A stretch of 64,000 nt of DNA. Origin: Cyanidioschyzon merolae. Its lineage: Eukaryota. The notes under the pieces were generated by a model. The model saw nothing but the letters and a program-made list of their open reading frames with translations, searched no databases and was not told the DNA's origin. Of the stretch, positions 45,289-55,988 are shown in pieces. Where the stretch lies: assembly GCA_000091205.1 (NCBI GenBank), contig AP006499.2. One strand, 5' to 3'. How positions within the stretch are numbered: the stretch's first letter is position 1; the number at the start of each line of letters is the position of its first letter. The translations under genes were made by a program, and so were the position numbers.

Positions 45289-46932
45289 CTAATGAGCAGC
45301 CATGCCGGCAGCAGCCTTGAACGCTTCGTCACAGATTTCCGACAAAGTCGGATGCGTGTGTACTGCGAATGCCAACTTGTGAACGGGAATGCCGGTCTGC
45401 ATAGCGTTTGCTGCTTCATGAATGAGATCTGCCGCATGCATGCCTATAATGTGCATGCCCAGGAGCTCTCCTGTATCCTTGCGAAATAGAACTTTGGCAA
45501 TCCCTTCGGCATGATTTTCCGCAAGCGCTTTGCTGTTCGCCCTAAAGTGACCGAGAGCCTTGCCTAACTCGAACCGCTCGCGCTCCGCAATCGCCCGAGC
45601 CTGTTCCTCGGTGAACCCTACCATACTGATTTCCGGATGTGTGAAACATGCAGCGGGGATGCATTCCATTCGCAAACGGTACGACGTATTTCCCGCGATG
45701 TGCTCCACGACACTGATGCCTTGGGCTGATGCCGCATGGGCGAGCATCAGCTTCCCATTTGCATCACCGATACAGTAGAGATGCTCGATGGGCGCACCGG
45801 TCTCGTCCAACACACGCATGTGATCATCGACGGGAACGAATCCCTTGTTCAGTCGAACACCAAGCTTCTCGAGACCGAGACCATCCGTGTACGGGCGTCT
45901 ACCTGTGGCCACTAAAGCGGCATCGACTTGGAGGACCTCGACAGGCGCCTTTGTCTCAGCGTTCACCAACTCAATATGGACCGGTTTCTGGCCCGGAATA
46001 CCTGGTACGACTTTGGTGGCGAGAACCCCTGTGTATGCGTCAACTGGTCGCGGAGATATCAGTAGCCGCTCTGCATACCGACTGATCTCGGCATCAAAGC
46101 TAGGCATGAGTTTCGGCGCTGCCTCTATAAATGTCACCTCTGATCCCAGCGCAGTATATACGTCGCTGAACTCTAGCCCAATGTAACCGCTACCGATGAT
46201 CGCGATCCATTCAGGTACCCATTCCAGCTTGAGGGCGTCGTCGGAGGTGAAGACGGTCTTCCCGTCGACTTGGATCCCAGGCGGCACCGCCGGTACACTT
46301 CCCGTCGCGATGACCACATCGCGAGCTGTAACGACGCGTTCCCCGGTACGCTCTCTTGGTTTGAGCAACTCTACTTTCTGGGGTGCTACAAGAGCGCCGC
46401 GAGCGTCAAGTACGTCGACACCGAGACCGCGCAGTGACTGTACCAGGTTCCCTCGAACGCGGGACGCAAGGCTATTCGCGTGGTTGCTTACAGCTTGGCG
46501 ATCGTAGTCGACCTGGCCGCGCACGGAAATGCCCATAGCCTGCAGACGCTCAACCGTTCGAAGCTCCCGGACTTTTCCCGCAGCAGCAAGTAGCGCTTTT
46601 GACGGAACGCAGCCACGGTTCACGCACGTTCCACCAGCATCGCCACCGGTTAAAACTGCCGTCTTCAAACCTCTGCTCCGCGCATGCAGCGCAGCTCCGT
46701 GCCCGCCAACACCAGCACCAATAATAACGAGGTCATAGTCGTAGGTGGCTTGCACCGCTCGAACGCGCGACCGCCGACTCGCCACACGGGGAAACAGACG
46801 GTGTCGAGCGGATCGCGCCACTGGCTCGCTACGGTTACCAGTGAAACTCGTGTTCAAATTATCTGAACGGACGCGTACATCGAACGAGGTACAAAACGTC
46901 AAACTGAGTACTGAGACTCGACAAGTAGCCAT
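45289..46932 (-). CDS. Dihydrolipoamide dehydrogenase (E3, class-I pyridine nucleotide-disulfide oxidoreductase) with a ~65 aa R/S-rich organellar presequence; the ORF stays open upstream to 47136 through microsatellite DNA
   Basis: FAD motif YDLVIIGAGVGGHGAA, redox-active disulfide GGTCVNRGCVPSK, NAD motif IAIIGSGYIGLE and the dimerisation-domain HTHPTLSE are present. The proposed start Met (MATCRVSVLSL..) is at 46932. Confidence 0.85.
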   Translation of the reverse strand: MATCRVSVLSLTFCTSFDVRVRSDNLNTSFTGNRSEPVARSARHRLFPRVASRRSRVRAVQATYDYDLVIIGAGVGGHGAALHARSRGLKTAVLTGGDAGGTCVNRGCVPSKALLAAAGKVRELRTVERLQAMGISVRGQVDYDRQAVSNHANSLASRVRGNLVQSLRGLGVDVLDARGALVAPQKVELLKPRERTGERVVTARDVVIATGSVPAVPPGIQVDGKTVFTSDDALKLEWVPEWIAIIGSGYIGLEFSDVYTALGSEVTFIEAAPKLMPSFDAEISRYAERLLISPRPVDAYTGVLATKVVPGIPGQKPVHIELVNAETKAPVEVLQVDAALVATGRRPYTDGLGLEKLGVRLNKGFVPVDDHMRVLDETGAPIEHLYCIGDANGKLMLAHAASAQGISVVEHIAGNTSYRLRMECIPAACFTHPEISMVGFTEEQARAIAERERFELGKALGHFRANSKALAENHAEGIAKVLFRKDTGELLGMHIIGMHAADLIHEAANAMQTGIPVHKLAFAVHTHPTLSEICDEAFKAAAGMAAH

Positions 46933-46992
46933 ACTCCCCGGAATGCGTGCACAGCAGTCGAAGCGTTGAATGCGTCGAGCGCACGAACGTGC

Positions 46993-47100
46993 GCATGCAT
47001 GCATGCATGCATCATGCGCTGATGCAGGCACACAGGCACGGATGCAGGCACGGATGCAGGCAAGGATGCAGGCACGGATGCAGGCACACAGGCACGCAGG
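46993..47100. repeat. (GCAT)5 followed by a ~5x 12-bp tandem repeat (ggatgcaggcac)
   Basis: Direct read: gcatgcatgcatgcatgcat...gcacggatgcaggcacggatgcaggcaaggatgcaggcacggatgcaggcacac. It translates to CIRACIRAC-like nonsense in the LPD upstream frame. Confidence 0.85.
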
Positions 47101-48989
47101 GAGGCGCTTTTGCCCTGCACGCGGCGTGCTCGGCACGCACTTGATCGCCGAGCTGATTCAAGCTCCATGCTCAACTGGAGCACATGTCCATGGTTGATGA
47201 AGCGTCCAAGCGTCTATATAGAGGCTCAAGTCGACCGACTGGTCACCGCTGGCAGCTGCATATTCTGAGGAATGCTGCTATGTTCAACTACTTTACGCTA
47301 TGCAATGCTGCAGATTCTCTTGATAAGTATAGCCCCTATTCTTTGAGTAAATTCTGGCTCGGCGTTGTTTTCCCATGAAGCGTTCTATCAAGGAATGGAG
47401 GCGCCCGCCTGACTAGCGTCGGTGCATATACATGCATGGTGTCTGGTTCACTTCATGCAACCTTTACGGGAGCTTTTGCGGAAGAGCAAGTGTGCGCGCC
47501 GAGCTCGCTGCGCGATGACTCTGGTGGAGAAATGATTTGTATGCGCTCACGGCAGGCTCGGCACACGAAGTATCACACGAACTGACGATTATCTCTAAAG
47601 CAAGCTCTGAATAGTCTTAGCTGACGGCATCTGTAGGTCTGGCGCGGACTGATGGCTGCGCCTCTTGACGCACATAACAATCGCGTCCTGAGGGATCCTT
47701 ATCCAGACTATATCCGTGTCAGATTAAAACGGAACACTAAATTGTGCGCTCTGCTCTTGCCTTTCATGCTTTCCGAACTTTTCTAGATCTACATCCTCGA
47801 CATTTCATGAGCAGCAATACGGGCATTCAGATTCACTGGTGATTGCGAGATTCTCAAGTGTCTCTTTGGAGAAGCTCCATGGACACGTTGCCGCTGGGTT
47901 TCTTTACCAAAACGGAATCAAGACTACACGCGACGAGCTCGAACAAAGCTTCGTAAAATAGGTGGTATCCATATCCAAGTCATGCGTGGAAGCCTCCACT
48001 CTTCCTGTTTACTCCCGTTTGGTACGCTTAAATAACGCGTTCTGCACGTTTTCCACCTCTGTGTCATGCCAAGTCGTTGGCGCAGCCAATGCGCGCCGCT
48101 GGATCGACGAAGAAGAAAACTCTAAGTTGGCCCATGACGAGTTGCGCTCAACGCCAAGCCCATATTTCACTAAACTTGTCTCACGAATTCGTCGATTCCT
48201 CTCCATAGACAAATCCTCCTCTCGTTGTTAACGACGAGAAGCCAGCATTCGACAGCAGCATGGTACCTCTGACCGTAAACGCTCTCAGATGTTTCCGTCC
48301 CTTCTGTTTGTATGGAAAACGGTAATGGGCTCGGACGTTGTTCATCGGAGCGGTCGTTTTCCGCGGAGAGTGCGTCACCGCTTCGCAGGGAAGGAACGTG
48401 GAACCATGGAAATTTCTCATCTTGTTCTCCAGTTTGGATTTTCTTTCTCGGACTTTTTTCATGATCGACAAGTTCACCGTCCATAGATCCACTGTCGAAT
48501 AGAACAGCATTCGCTTGTGCGTGCAGCGGACGAAGGACTCGCCGAGGGCATCGCCCAGAAGAGGCCTGTGAATATGAGGTACGGCACTTGGCATGGAACC
48601 AGAGGAAGGCAACGACACGAGCTTTCAGTACCCCTCAAGCGCATCTACCGCTTGATGAAAGAAGCATTCTCACGCGTCAGGACGGCCCTTAAAGAACAAA
48701 GTATGGTGGACGTATGAGAACGTCAGTAAACAGCCAAGTGCCGCCCTTTCCAGGGCACACCAGGATGTTTACAACGGAGATAAAAGTTGGCAAGCGAAAC
48801 GTTGATTACAACCACCGCCTGTGCATAAAGTGCAATGAAACCATCCGACAGTAGGGAAATCGGTACTTGAACACTGCCGTCAACTTCCTGCGACGACGAC
48901 TGACACCGGACCTTGAGGGAACGGAGAGATCGGCGGCTTCCAAGCCCTGGATACAACAGCGGAAAAGAGTGTATTCGAGTCAAAAGCTC

Positions 48990-49750
48990 CCAAAGGGTGA
49001 CAACGATGATCTTACACAGAGACTATAACTTAAGAGTATACAAATCCGAGATAGATACCCTGTTCCCTTTCTTTCGGACTCGTTGTCGAGAATCCGTCGA
49101 AGGGGTGACAACGGTGATCTTACACAGAGACCATAACTTAAGAGTATATAAATCCGAGATAGATACCCTGTTCCCTTTCTTTCGGACTCGTTGTCGAGGA
49201 TCCGTCGAAGGGGTGACAACGGTGATCTTACACAGAGACCATAACTTAAGAGTGTACAAATCCGAGATAGATACCCTGTTCCCTTTCTTTCGGACTCGTT
49301 GTCGAGAATCCGTCGAAGGGGTGACAACGGTGATCTTACACAGAGACCATAACTTAAGAGTATATAAATCCGAGATAGATGCCCTGTTCCCTTTCTTTCG
49401 GACTCGTTGTCGAGGATCCGTCGAAGGGGTGACAACGGTGATCTTACACAGAGACCATAACTTAAGAGTATATAAATCCGAGATAGATGCCCTGTTCCCT
49501 TTCTTTCGGACTCGTTGTCGAGGATCCGTCGAAGGGGTGACAACGGTGATCTTACACAGAGACCATAACTTAAGAGTATACAAATCCGAGATAGATACCC
49601 TGTTCCCTTTCTTTCGGACTCGTTATCGAGAATCCGTCGAAGGGGTGACAACGGTGATCTTACACAGAGACTATAACTTAAGAGTATATAAATCCGAGAT
49701 AGATACCCTGTTCCCTTTCTTTCGGACTCGTTGTCGAGAATCCGTCGCTC
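48990..49750. repeat. Tandem minisatellite, 108-bp unit x 7
   Basis: The unit gtgacaacggtgatcttacacagagaccataacttaagagtatataaatccgagatagataccctgttccctttctttcggactcgttgtcgagaatccgtcgaagggg starts at 48997, 49105, 49213, 49321, 49429, 49537 and 49645. Because 108 is 36 codons, open frames run through on both strands (VTTVILHRDHNLRVYKSEIDTLFPFFRTRCRESVEG). Confidence 0.9.
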
Positions 49751-49954
49751 AAACAATCGTCCACGACGCATTTGAATTCCCGGGCCGCCCTGTCCAATCT
49801 GCCGCGTCAGGCACAGCGGAGGCGCTGGCGCGTTCACGGCGGCGCTCTACGAACCTCTAGCTCTACCAACAAGTCATTGGACGAGAGCGTCGTTACGAGA
49901 ATATCGGAGCACCGTCGCTCTTGGACGACAACCAGGAGGCAAGGGTGAGCAGAA

Positions 49955-52900
49955 GTGACAATGCGAACCGAACGCGGCAATGCAGTTGCTTCCTCGGAAG
50001 CTGGGGCAATCTGGTTCCAACTTCTTCAAGCAATTGGAGTGCCATGCTCGAGTTCCGACGATTCAGACTGGCTCTCACCGTGGAGGCTGCTGCTTCAGAC
50101 GCAGTACGAACGGTTCATCGCTCACTGGTACAGACAAACAGAAGAACCAACACGTGCTGAGGTGGAGGAATCACTTGGTCGTCTTTGCGTAGGTGACTCG
50201 CTAGGCCTGGATATATCTGCGGAGAACGGCGACGCTGAGCGGATACCGTTGGAGTTTTTAGGCTCGGGGCACGATACGCTGTCGCTGCATCAGATCCCGG
50301 TGGCGCTTGTCCATATGGAAAAATTCTGTTTCGCTCTTGAATCGGCCCTGGAAGGTGTCAACAGAGAGCCGGCGCGCACCGACGTCCAGCCGGCGAGTCA
50401 GGGTGGCGACAGCGTTCATACGGGTGCTGAATCCGTGGTTACGGGGCTCTATGCTTCCTGTCCGGACGTTTCAAGTATCATTGGAGTGCTGTACGCATGG
50501 ATCAGGGTCGGTATGCAGCTGGAAGAGCAGTGTGGTGCTGCCTTAGTGCGTCGCAAGCGGGCCGTGCAATTCAGCCAAGAGGGCGCACCTGAGAAGCGAG
50601 CAGCATCGGAGCAAAACTTTCGCAATGGCGACAAACAAGAGAGAGACGAGCGCTTCCGAAACCAGACTACTTGCCGTGTAACAAGTGATAGAGCCTCCAG
50701 TTCCGACGATTCAGCCGAGGACTCACAGGGAAAAGACCATGAGCAAGCCAGTACCGGGCTTTCAGATGTTTTGTTCACGCAGACACGCCTCAGGGCTGCG
50801 GTGCTTAGCATGCTCGCTAGCCAGGCGTACTGGCGTGTACTTTCCGTCATGCCCGAAGCTTTCGTTCCCTTCGTCTTCAAGGCCGCTGTGCACGCCCTGA
50901 GGCAAATGACGCGCGCGCAAGGAATCGGAGCGCTCGTCGAGGAGGTCAGCACGAAAACGCTATCCGCGCTTGCCGCTCTCTTCGACTCCATACCATGGAT
51001 TCGCTATCTGCTGCGAATCGGTATCCAACAAGTGTCGGTCACAGGACCACTTCAGCCTCAAGGTCACCGCGGGTCGCCGCTCGCCGATGATGATTCTAAC
51101 TCAGCGGGCCTCGAAGAATCCCTGAGCGGTGCATCAGAACTCATCCTCCGCAGATTGGTTGCAGTCGGGCTGAACAAGCCACGTTCCACCAAGCTGCTAT
51201 GCTCGAAGGAACAGGTTTTTCGAAGTGCTTGGAAGAATATGATCATGGTGACTGCATTCTCATCCGAGCAGCTCGTTCGCGGAGCACTACGTCCTGTTCT
51301 GAATCTGTTCATAGAGGGTCTCTCTCTCAAAGGAGCGGCGCCGGTTATCGATCCCAGCCCAACCGCTACCCCGGCAGCGTCCAGTAATGCGCTCCACTCG
51401 CTTTCGACTGCGTTGTGTGAGCTTCTCCAGGCTGCCGGGAGAGAGGCCCCAGAAGAGGCGGGCACAAGCATTACGGAACGAATCTCAGCCGCGGTGCTTG
51501 TTCTGCTTCAGCATTTAAGCATCCGAGCGCCGGAGACGGCGGTTCGTCGCTCCACTCTAGCACAGTGCATTTTATCCTTTTTGATCACAATGGAATCGAC
51601 CGATATCTACCGCTTCTGCTCTTTCGTTCAGAAACTCACACAGCATCCACGTGCAGCGGTTCGATGTCTGGCTTTGGAGATCGCTGCGAACATCGAGGAG
51701 GAGCCGGATGATGACCCCGCTAAGTCTTCAGAGGACGCCGCGGTAGCCTGGGCGCTCTTCTATCGGTCAATTTGGGCTCGAATACGTGATCGTCATGCCC
51801 TGGTCCGAGCACGGGCGCTTACTGCCACAGCTGCAGCCTTGGATCACCTTGCCGGTGCGAATCAGTCCAAGGCGCGAGCGCTGCTGCTCCGTGAGCGCCA
51901 ACTACTCATCAGTCGATTGCGGGACGAAAAAGCACCCGTGCGAAAGAGTGCCCTCACGCTCGCGTTCATAACGCTGGAGATGCTGGCGCAGCGAAGCGAA
52001 TGGACAAGAGCTGCAGATCGCATCCTGGCTGCTGTGCAGGAGCGATGTGCAGATACACACCTCGCGGTACGACTCGCAGCTGCACAGCAGGTTACGAGAC
52101 TCGCCAGTTCGGCACCGAGTGCGTTTCGAGAGCGCTTCATCAACGCCTGGTGTGACAGCGTGTTGCAACTGGTCTACGATCCAGAGCCGGCTGTCGTTGA
52201 AGCGTGCCTTGAAGGCTTTCTGGAGCTCCTCTTCAGCGCTCAAAACAGCGTCGCGGATGCACCAGCGGAAACCCAGTCGCAGGTGTGCCCACTCGTTGGG
52301 AACACTGTGCTCACGATAGCGGCTGGGAAAGGAGACCCACGAAGACCGTTCCTGTTCCTGCTGTGGCATCGCTTAAGCCAGCGAGCGCCGCTACCAGACA
52401 CCCTCTATCAGTGGCTCTGTGAAAGTGCGCATCCACAGGGGCAACCGGGCGCCTGGCATCTGCTTGCTCAACTCACATCCTATGCGGAAACTGCGCGCCA
52501 GGCAGTGGTGCGGCATATTCTGGAGTCTAACCAGCGGATTCTGATTGATCTCGATCCTGACGATCCCGTAGCCAATGAAGTGACTCAGGTTGTGGCTCAG
52601 ACGGCGCCCGCTGCCGGCCGTCTGGTCCCGCTTATCCAGAGTGATGCGCGCACTCTACTGTTTCAGCTCCGAGGCAATCCTGGTCGGATACCAGCGCTCA
52701 TCCAGTGCCTTGCACGGGTTGCCACCAACCCGCATTGGTCCCAAGAGCTCATTCAGGCTTGTTCCGAGTTGCTCTCCCTTGAGCCGGCGGAATACGCCTG
52801 TTCCTCGCTGGAGGAGCGGGCGTGTGCGCTTACGGCGTGGAGTGAGGTCGTCTTGAGCGGCCTCGCTGCGCCCGACGACGAGCGCCTTCGAGTGCGCGCA

Positions 52901-54823
52901 GAGGCTATTCTCGCTGATTCCGAGCGAAGCTCTGAGAATTTGCGCGCCTATGCACTACTGGCCCTGGGGAAACTCTGCATTCGGGGCGATGACACCCTTG
53001 CCCGGCATGGGACCAGCGTGCTCCTTCGCGAACTGGAGACCAGTGCCTCCTCGGTGTTGCGGAATAACGCGGTGCTCATTCTCGCGGATATGTGTCGTGT
53101 ATTTTCATGGCTTGCTGATCAGTACGCTGTGCGTATTGCAGCTGCAATGCGAGATCCGTCTCCACTCGTTCGCCGTCAAACCACGATGGTGCTTACAGGT
53201 CTCCTCGAAGAAGAATTCGTCAAGCCGAAAAAGGACGGGCTCGTGTTCCTCTTCCTATCCGTAACGGAAGACGATGATCCGATCGTGAGCAAGCTCGCCC
53301 GCCAGTGCCTCGAGAGAGTCTTCTTTCCCCGGAATCCTGCCGAGCGGGTGCATCAGCTCCTCGAATCACTCTTCTACTTCAATGACTGTACCTGTCACCC
53401 TCGATATAACCAGCATGCTGGAATGCACCAATCTCGGGCGGAGAGAGCGCGCTTCACTTTTCCGCAACAGGAAGCGTCACGTCATCGAATATACCAGTAC
53501 TTGATAAGCAACTGCACGGATGAGCAAGTGCTTTTGATTGCGGATCGTCTCGCAGCGGAGCTCATTGGCGGTCTACTGGACGGCGAGATGGGGCCCTTTC
53601 CCGCTATCCTGGACGAGGATTCGAGCGTGTACAACGTTGTTTCGGATACGTTGAAGCTGCTCGCCAGCCGGAATCTCGCAGGCGAGCGTTGGCACCTCGG
53701 CACGCTAGGCTCCTCGATGCATTCCCTGGAATGGATCACAGAGGCAGAAACGGAAACGGAAACGACGGCCATGTGGCTGTTACCTGCGGCAACGAAGCAA
53801 ACTGTGAGAACAACGGGAGCACTCGCCACAGCGCCAGTCGCCATCCAAAGCACCACTGGGGCACAAGCCGGCCTGGAAGCGCCGAGAAGCGCCCAAGGGC
53901 TCGCATCCGCTCAAGCGCGGCCGACGACTCGAGACGCATTGCCACGTGCTGGGAACGCTTCCGAGGAAACAGCACTGCAAGTGTTCCGGGGGCATCTGCT
54001 GCCAGTGCTCGCGAGGCAGAGTCTCGAGCAGACCATCCTGCCGGCTCTGGTTGAACTGCGTCGACATTTCGAACAACTGAAACATCCCCTAGTAGGCGTC
54101 GTTATCGAAGCGATTCGTGAGCAATTGCGACCTCATCGTGCAGACTTGTGGGTGCTCCTAAGAGACGACCCCGTGTTTGCCCGCGAAATCGCGCATGATC
54201 TTCATCAAGAGACAGCGGCTTTGGAGCGACAACGTGCATCCAGCTCCGCTAGGGTAACCCTTTCGACGCAAGTCGCCAAAGCAGGGCATACACCGCGTGG
54301 AACACCTGGACTGCGGCCATATCCAGACTCCAACAGTGCCGCACGACCGCGTCGCAGAGGCAGTTTTGGACCGCCGCCGCTTCAGGAAACAAATCAGGAT
54401 CGTAGTCCACGCACGCCAGCTGCTCAGTTGATGACAGTCAAACTCGTTCACGAAGACATCTTGACGAGCCGCCTTCGACGACCACGGCAGTCCGGCTCGG
54501 GGACGAAGACACCGGCCACGCACTCCGTACGCAAGTGCGTATCATTCACGCCCAGTCTCGTAGAGTCTAGAACCGAAGCCGAGACCGAAGTATCGCCACC
54601 AAGAAACTCCAGAGGCACACCGTACCCGCTGCACCGCGTCACGCCGCGCAGTGCGGGAGACCCCGCTTCTGGAACTCCCCTGTCGACAACGCTTCTCGAC
54701 GCGGTGGACGGTCTCTCGATCTCGTTTGAGGTACCGAATCAGTCGTCGGTTCCATATGAGAGGCTCATTCGCCAACGTCGATGTCGACGACACCTGGACG
54801 GTCGCTACCCATCGCCTTTCTAA
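49955..54823 (+). CDS. Condensin complex non-SMC subunit of the Cnd1 family (CAP-D2 or CAP-D3-like), HEAT-repeat protein of 1622 aa
   Basis: The C-terminal block LRNNAVLILADMCRVF...AAAMRDPSPLVRRQTTMVLTGLLEEEFVKPKKDGLVFLFLSVTEDDDPIVSKLARQCLERVFF parallels the Cnd1 C-terminal domain signature (VRSNAVIALGDL...LRDPSxxVRKTAxxVMTHLILKDMVKVKG...LIDPExxIAxLAKxFF). The rest is a long helical-repeat architecture. Confidence 0.6.
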   Translation: MTMRTERGNAVASSEAGAIWFQLLQAIGVPCSSSDDSDWLSPWRLLLQTQYERFIAHWYRQTEEPTRAEVEESLGRLCVGDSLGLDISAENGDAERIPLEFLGSGHDTLSLHQIPVALVHMEKFCFALESALEGVNREPARTDVQPASQGGDSVHTGAESVVTGLYASCPDVSSIIGVLYAWIRVGMQLEEQCGAALVRRKRAVQFSQEGAPEKRAASEQNFRNGDKQERDERFRNQTTCRVTSDRASSSDDSAEDSQGKDHEQASTGLSDVLFTQTRLRAAVLSMLASQAYWRVLSVMPEAFVPFVFKAAVHALRQMTRAQGIGALVEEVSTKTLSALAALFDSIPWIRYLLRIGIQQVSVTGPLQPQGHRGSPLADDDSNSAGLEESLSGASELILRRLVAVGLNKPRSTKLLCSKEQVFRSAWKNMIMVTAFSSEQLVRGALRPVLNLFIEGLSLKGAAPVIDPSPTATPAASSNALHSLSTALCELLQAAGREAPEEAGTSITERISAAVLVLLQHLSIRAPETAVRRSTLAQCILSFLITMESTDIYRFCSFVQKLTQHPRAAVRCLALEIAANIEEEPDDDPAKSSEDAAVAWALFYRSIWARIRDRHALVRARALTATAAALDHLAGANQSKARALLLRERQLLISRLRDEKAPVRKSALTLAFITLEMLAQRSEWTRAADRILAAVQERCADTHLAVRLAAAQQVTRLASSAPSAFRERFINAWCDSVLQLVYDPEPAVVEACLEGFLELLFSAQNSVADAPAETQSQVCPLVGNTVLTIAAGKGDPRRPFLFLLWHRLSQRAPLPDTLYQWLCESAHPQGQPGAWHLLAQLTSYAETARQAVVRHILESNQRILIDLDPDDPVANEVTQVVAQTAPAAGRLVPLIQSDARTLLFQLRGNPGRIPALIQCLARVATNPHWSQELIQACSELLSLEPAEYACSSLEERACALTAWSEVVLSGLAAPDDERLRVRAEAILADSERSSENLRAYALLALGKLCIRGDDTLARHGTSVLLRELETSASSVLRNNAVLILADMCRVFSWLADQYAVRIAAAMRDPSPLVRRQTTMVLTGLLEEEFVKPKKDGLVFLFLSVTEDDDPIVSKLARQCLERVFFPRNPAERVHQLLESLFYFNDCTCHPRYNQHAGMHQSRAERARFTFPQQEASRHRIYQYLISNCTDEQVLLIADRLAAELIGGLLDGEMGPFPAILDEDSSVYNVVSDTLKLLASRNLAGERWHLGTLGSSMHSLEWITEAETETETTAMWLLPAATKQTVRTTGALATAPVAIQSTTGAQAGLEAPRSAQGLASAQARPTTRDALPRAGNASEETALQVFRGHLLPVLARQSLEQTILPALVELRRHFEQLKHPLVGVVIEAIREQLRPHRADLWVLLRDDPVFAREIAHDLHQETAALERQRASSSARVTLSTQVAKAGHTPRGTPGLRPYPDSNSAARPRRRGSFGPPPLQETNQDRSPRTPAAQLMTVKLVHEDILTSRLRRPRQSGSGTKTPATHSVRKCVSFTPSLVESRTEAETEVSPPRNSRGTPYPLHRVTPRSAGDPASGTPLSTTLLDAVDGLSISFEVPNQSSVPYERLIRQRRCRRHLDGRYPSPF

Positions 54824-55988
54824 AGCTGGGACGGCCTCTCGCACGAGACCTGCACCATTGTTCTTTCACGGAGGTTCGCTCCATCGCTCCCGCCTCTGAT
54901 CCTCCGAGGGAAACGGCTCTACGTCTAACGGAAAGCGGAGGCATCAGCTATGAAGATCAAGCAGGTGCGCTGGCGAGTGGCAGTATCCGCATATTCGAAA
55001 GCGTCCGGTTCGCGTTATCGACCCTGCGCACCCTAGAACAAAAAACAGCTTTCAAGAAACCATTACCGGACCGAGGCATGTTGGCATTGTCGGATCGCTC
55101 TCTGTGAGCGTGAAGCGAATGGTGCACTCGAATTTCGCTCGCTTGAAGATTACTCTTCAAAGCGGTTTCGTTGCGCTCTTCCGCCGGTCTACGATAGCAC
55201 CTTGTCGAGCAAGAGCGTACGCTTGACAAGGCGGTCGTTCGCTGCTGCGACACGCTCGTGTGAAAGCGTCGCACGAGGTGTCGCTCACGCAAACTCCAGC
55301 TTGGCGTCGCGATGCTATTCGTGAGTCTGTTACTTACGCCAAGCGGTCGTCGCTGAAAACATCACACACCAAATCGCTCACAACTTTTCGAGATGATTGT
55401 AAAACAGCTCTTCGCCTACCTGTCGCGAATACCCAGAAGACGTTGCACACGCTGCATAAGTGTGTCTTGCCTCGGATCATAGACTTGATCCTTGCTAGGT
55501 ATTTCGATGACCGCTGGGACACGCCCGGTGTAGCCTTCAATATTGCTCCGTATCCTATTCGCTATATTCTGCGTAATCAAAACCATCCCAACATCTTTGC
55601 GTTGGCGAGTGAAGTGCTCGAACGCCTCAGCGATGGTCGCGTCGGAGGTGTCGCGACGCACCACCAGGTACGTCGGGTCAGTCGGGCGTGTTCGGTCGCC
55701 TATTCCAGTCAAAAGGAAGCCAGTTACGGTATCTTCGTCCCCGATGATGGCAATAAGCCGGTCAGCGTCCTTGACGGAAGCCAAGTCGCCAGCATCAGTC
55801 ATAGTTGGCGGCTGCACGGCACTGCAACGCGAGCGTCAGTGCTGCTGCAACTGCAGTCGGCGCGCCAGCGGACTTGCCGCGCCTAGTGGTGAGCGAGCGG
55901 TGTCCGTCTGCTCATAGGGTACTTCCCTGGGTGCGGGGAGGTGCTCTCATAGGACGTCCTTTTTGCTCGGACGCTGGCTTTAACCGAT

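Noticed and set aside
41617-49750. Could the tandem arrays be CRISPR arrays?
   Set aside because: The units are contiguous direct repeats without unique spacers, with unit lengths of 84 and 108 bp, in a clearly eukaryotic nuclear context with no cas genes. They are minisatellites, not CRISPR.
48913-49860. ORFs of 315, 285 and 186 aa (both strands) with perfect 36-aa repeats
   Set aside because: They are entirely the translation of the 108-bp x7 minisatellite. Open frames on both strands are a by-product of the period being a multiple of three, and there is no non-repeat domain.
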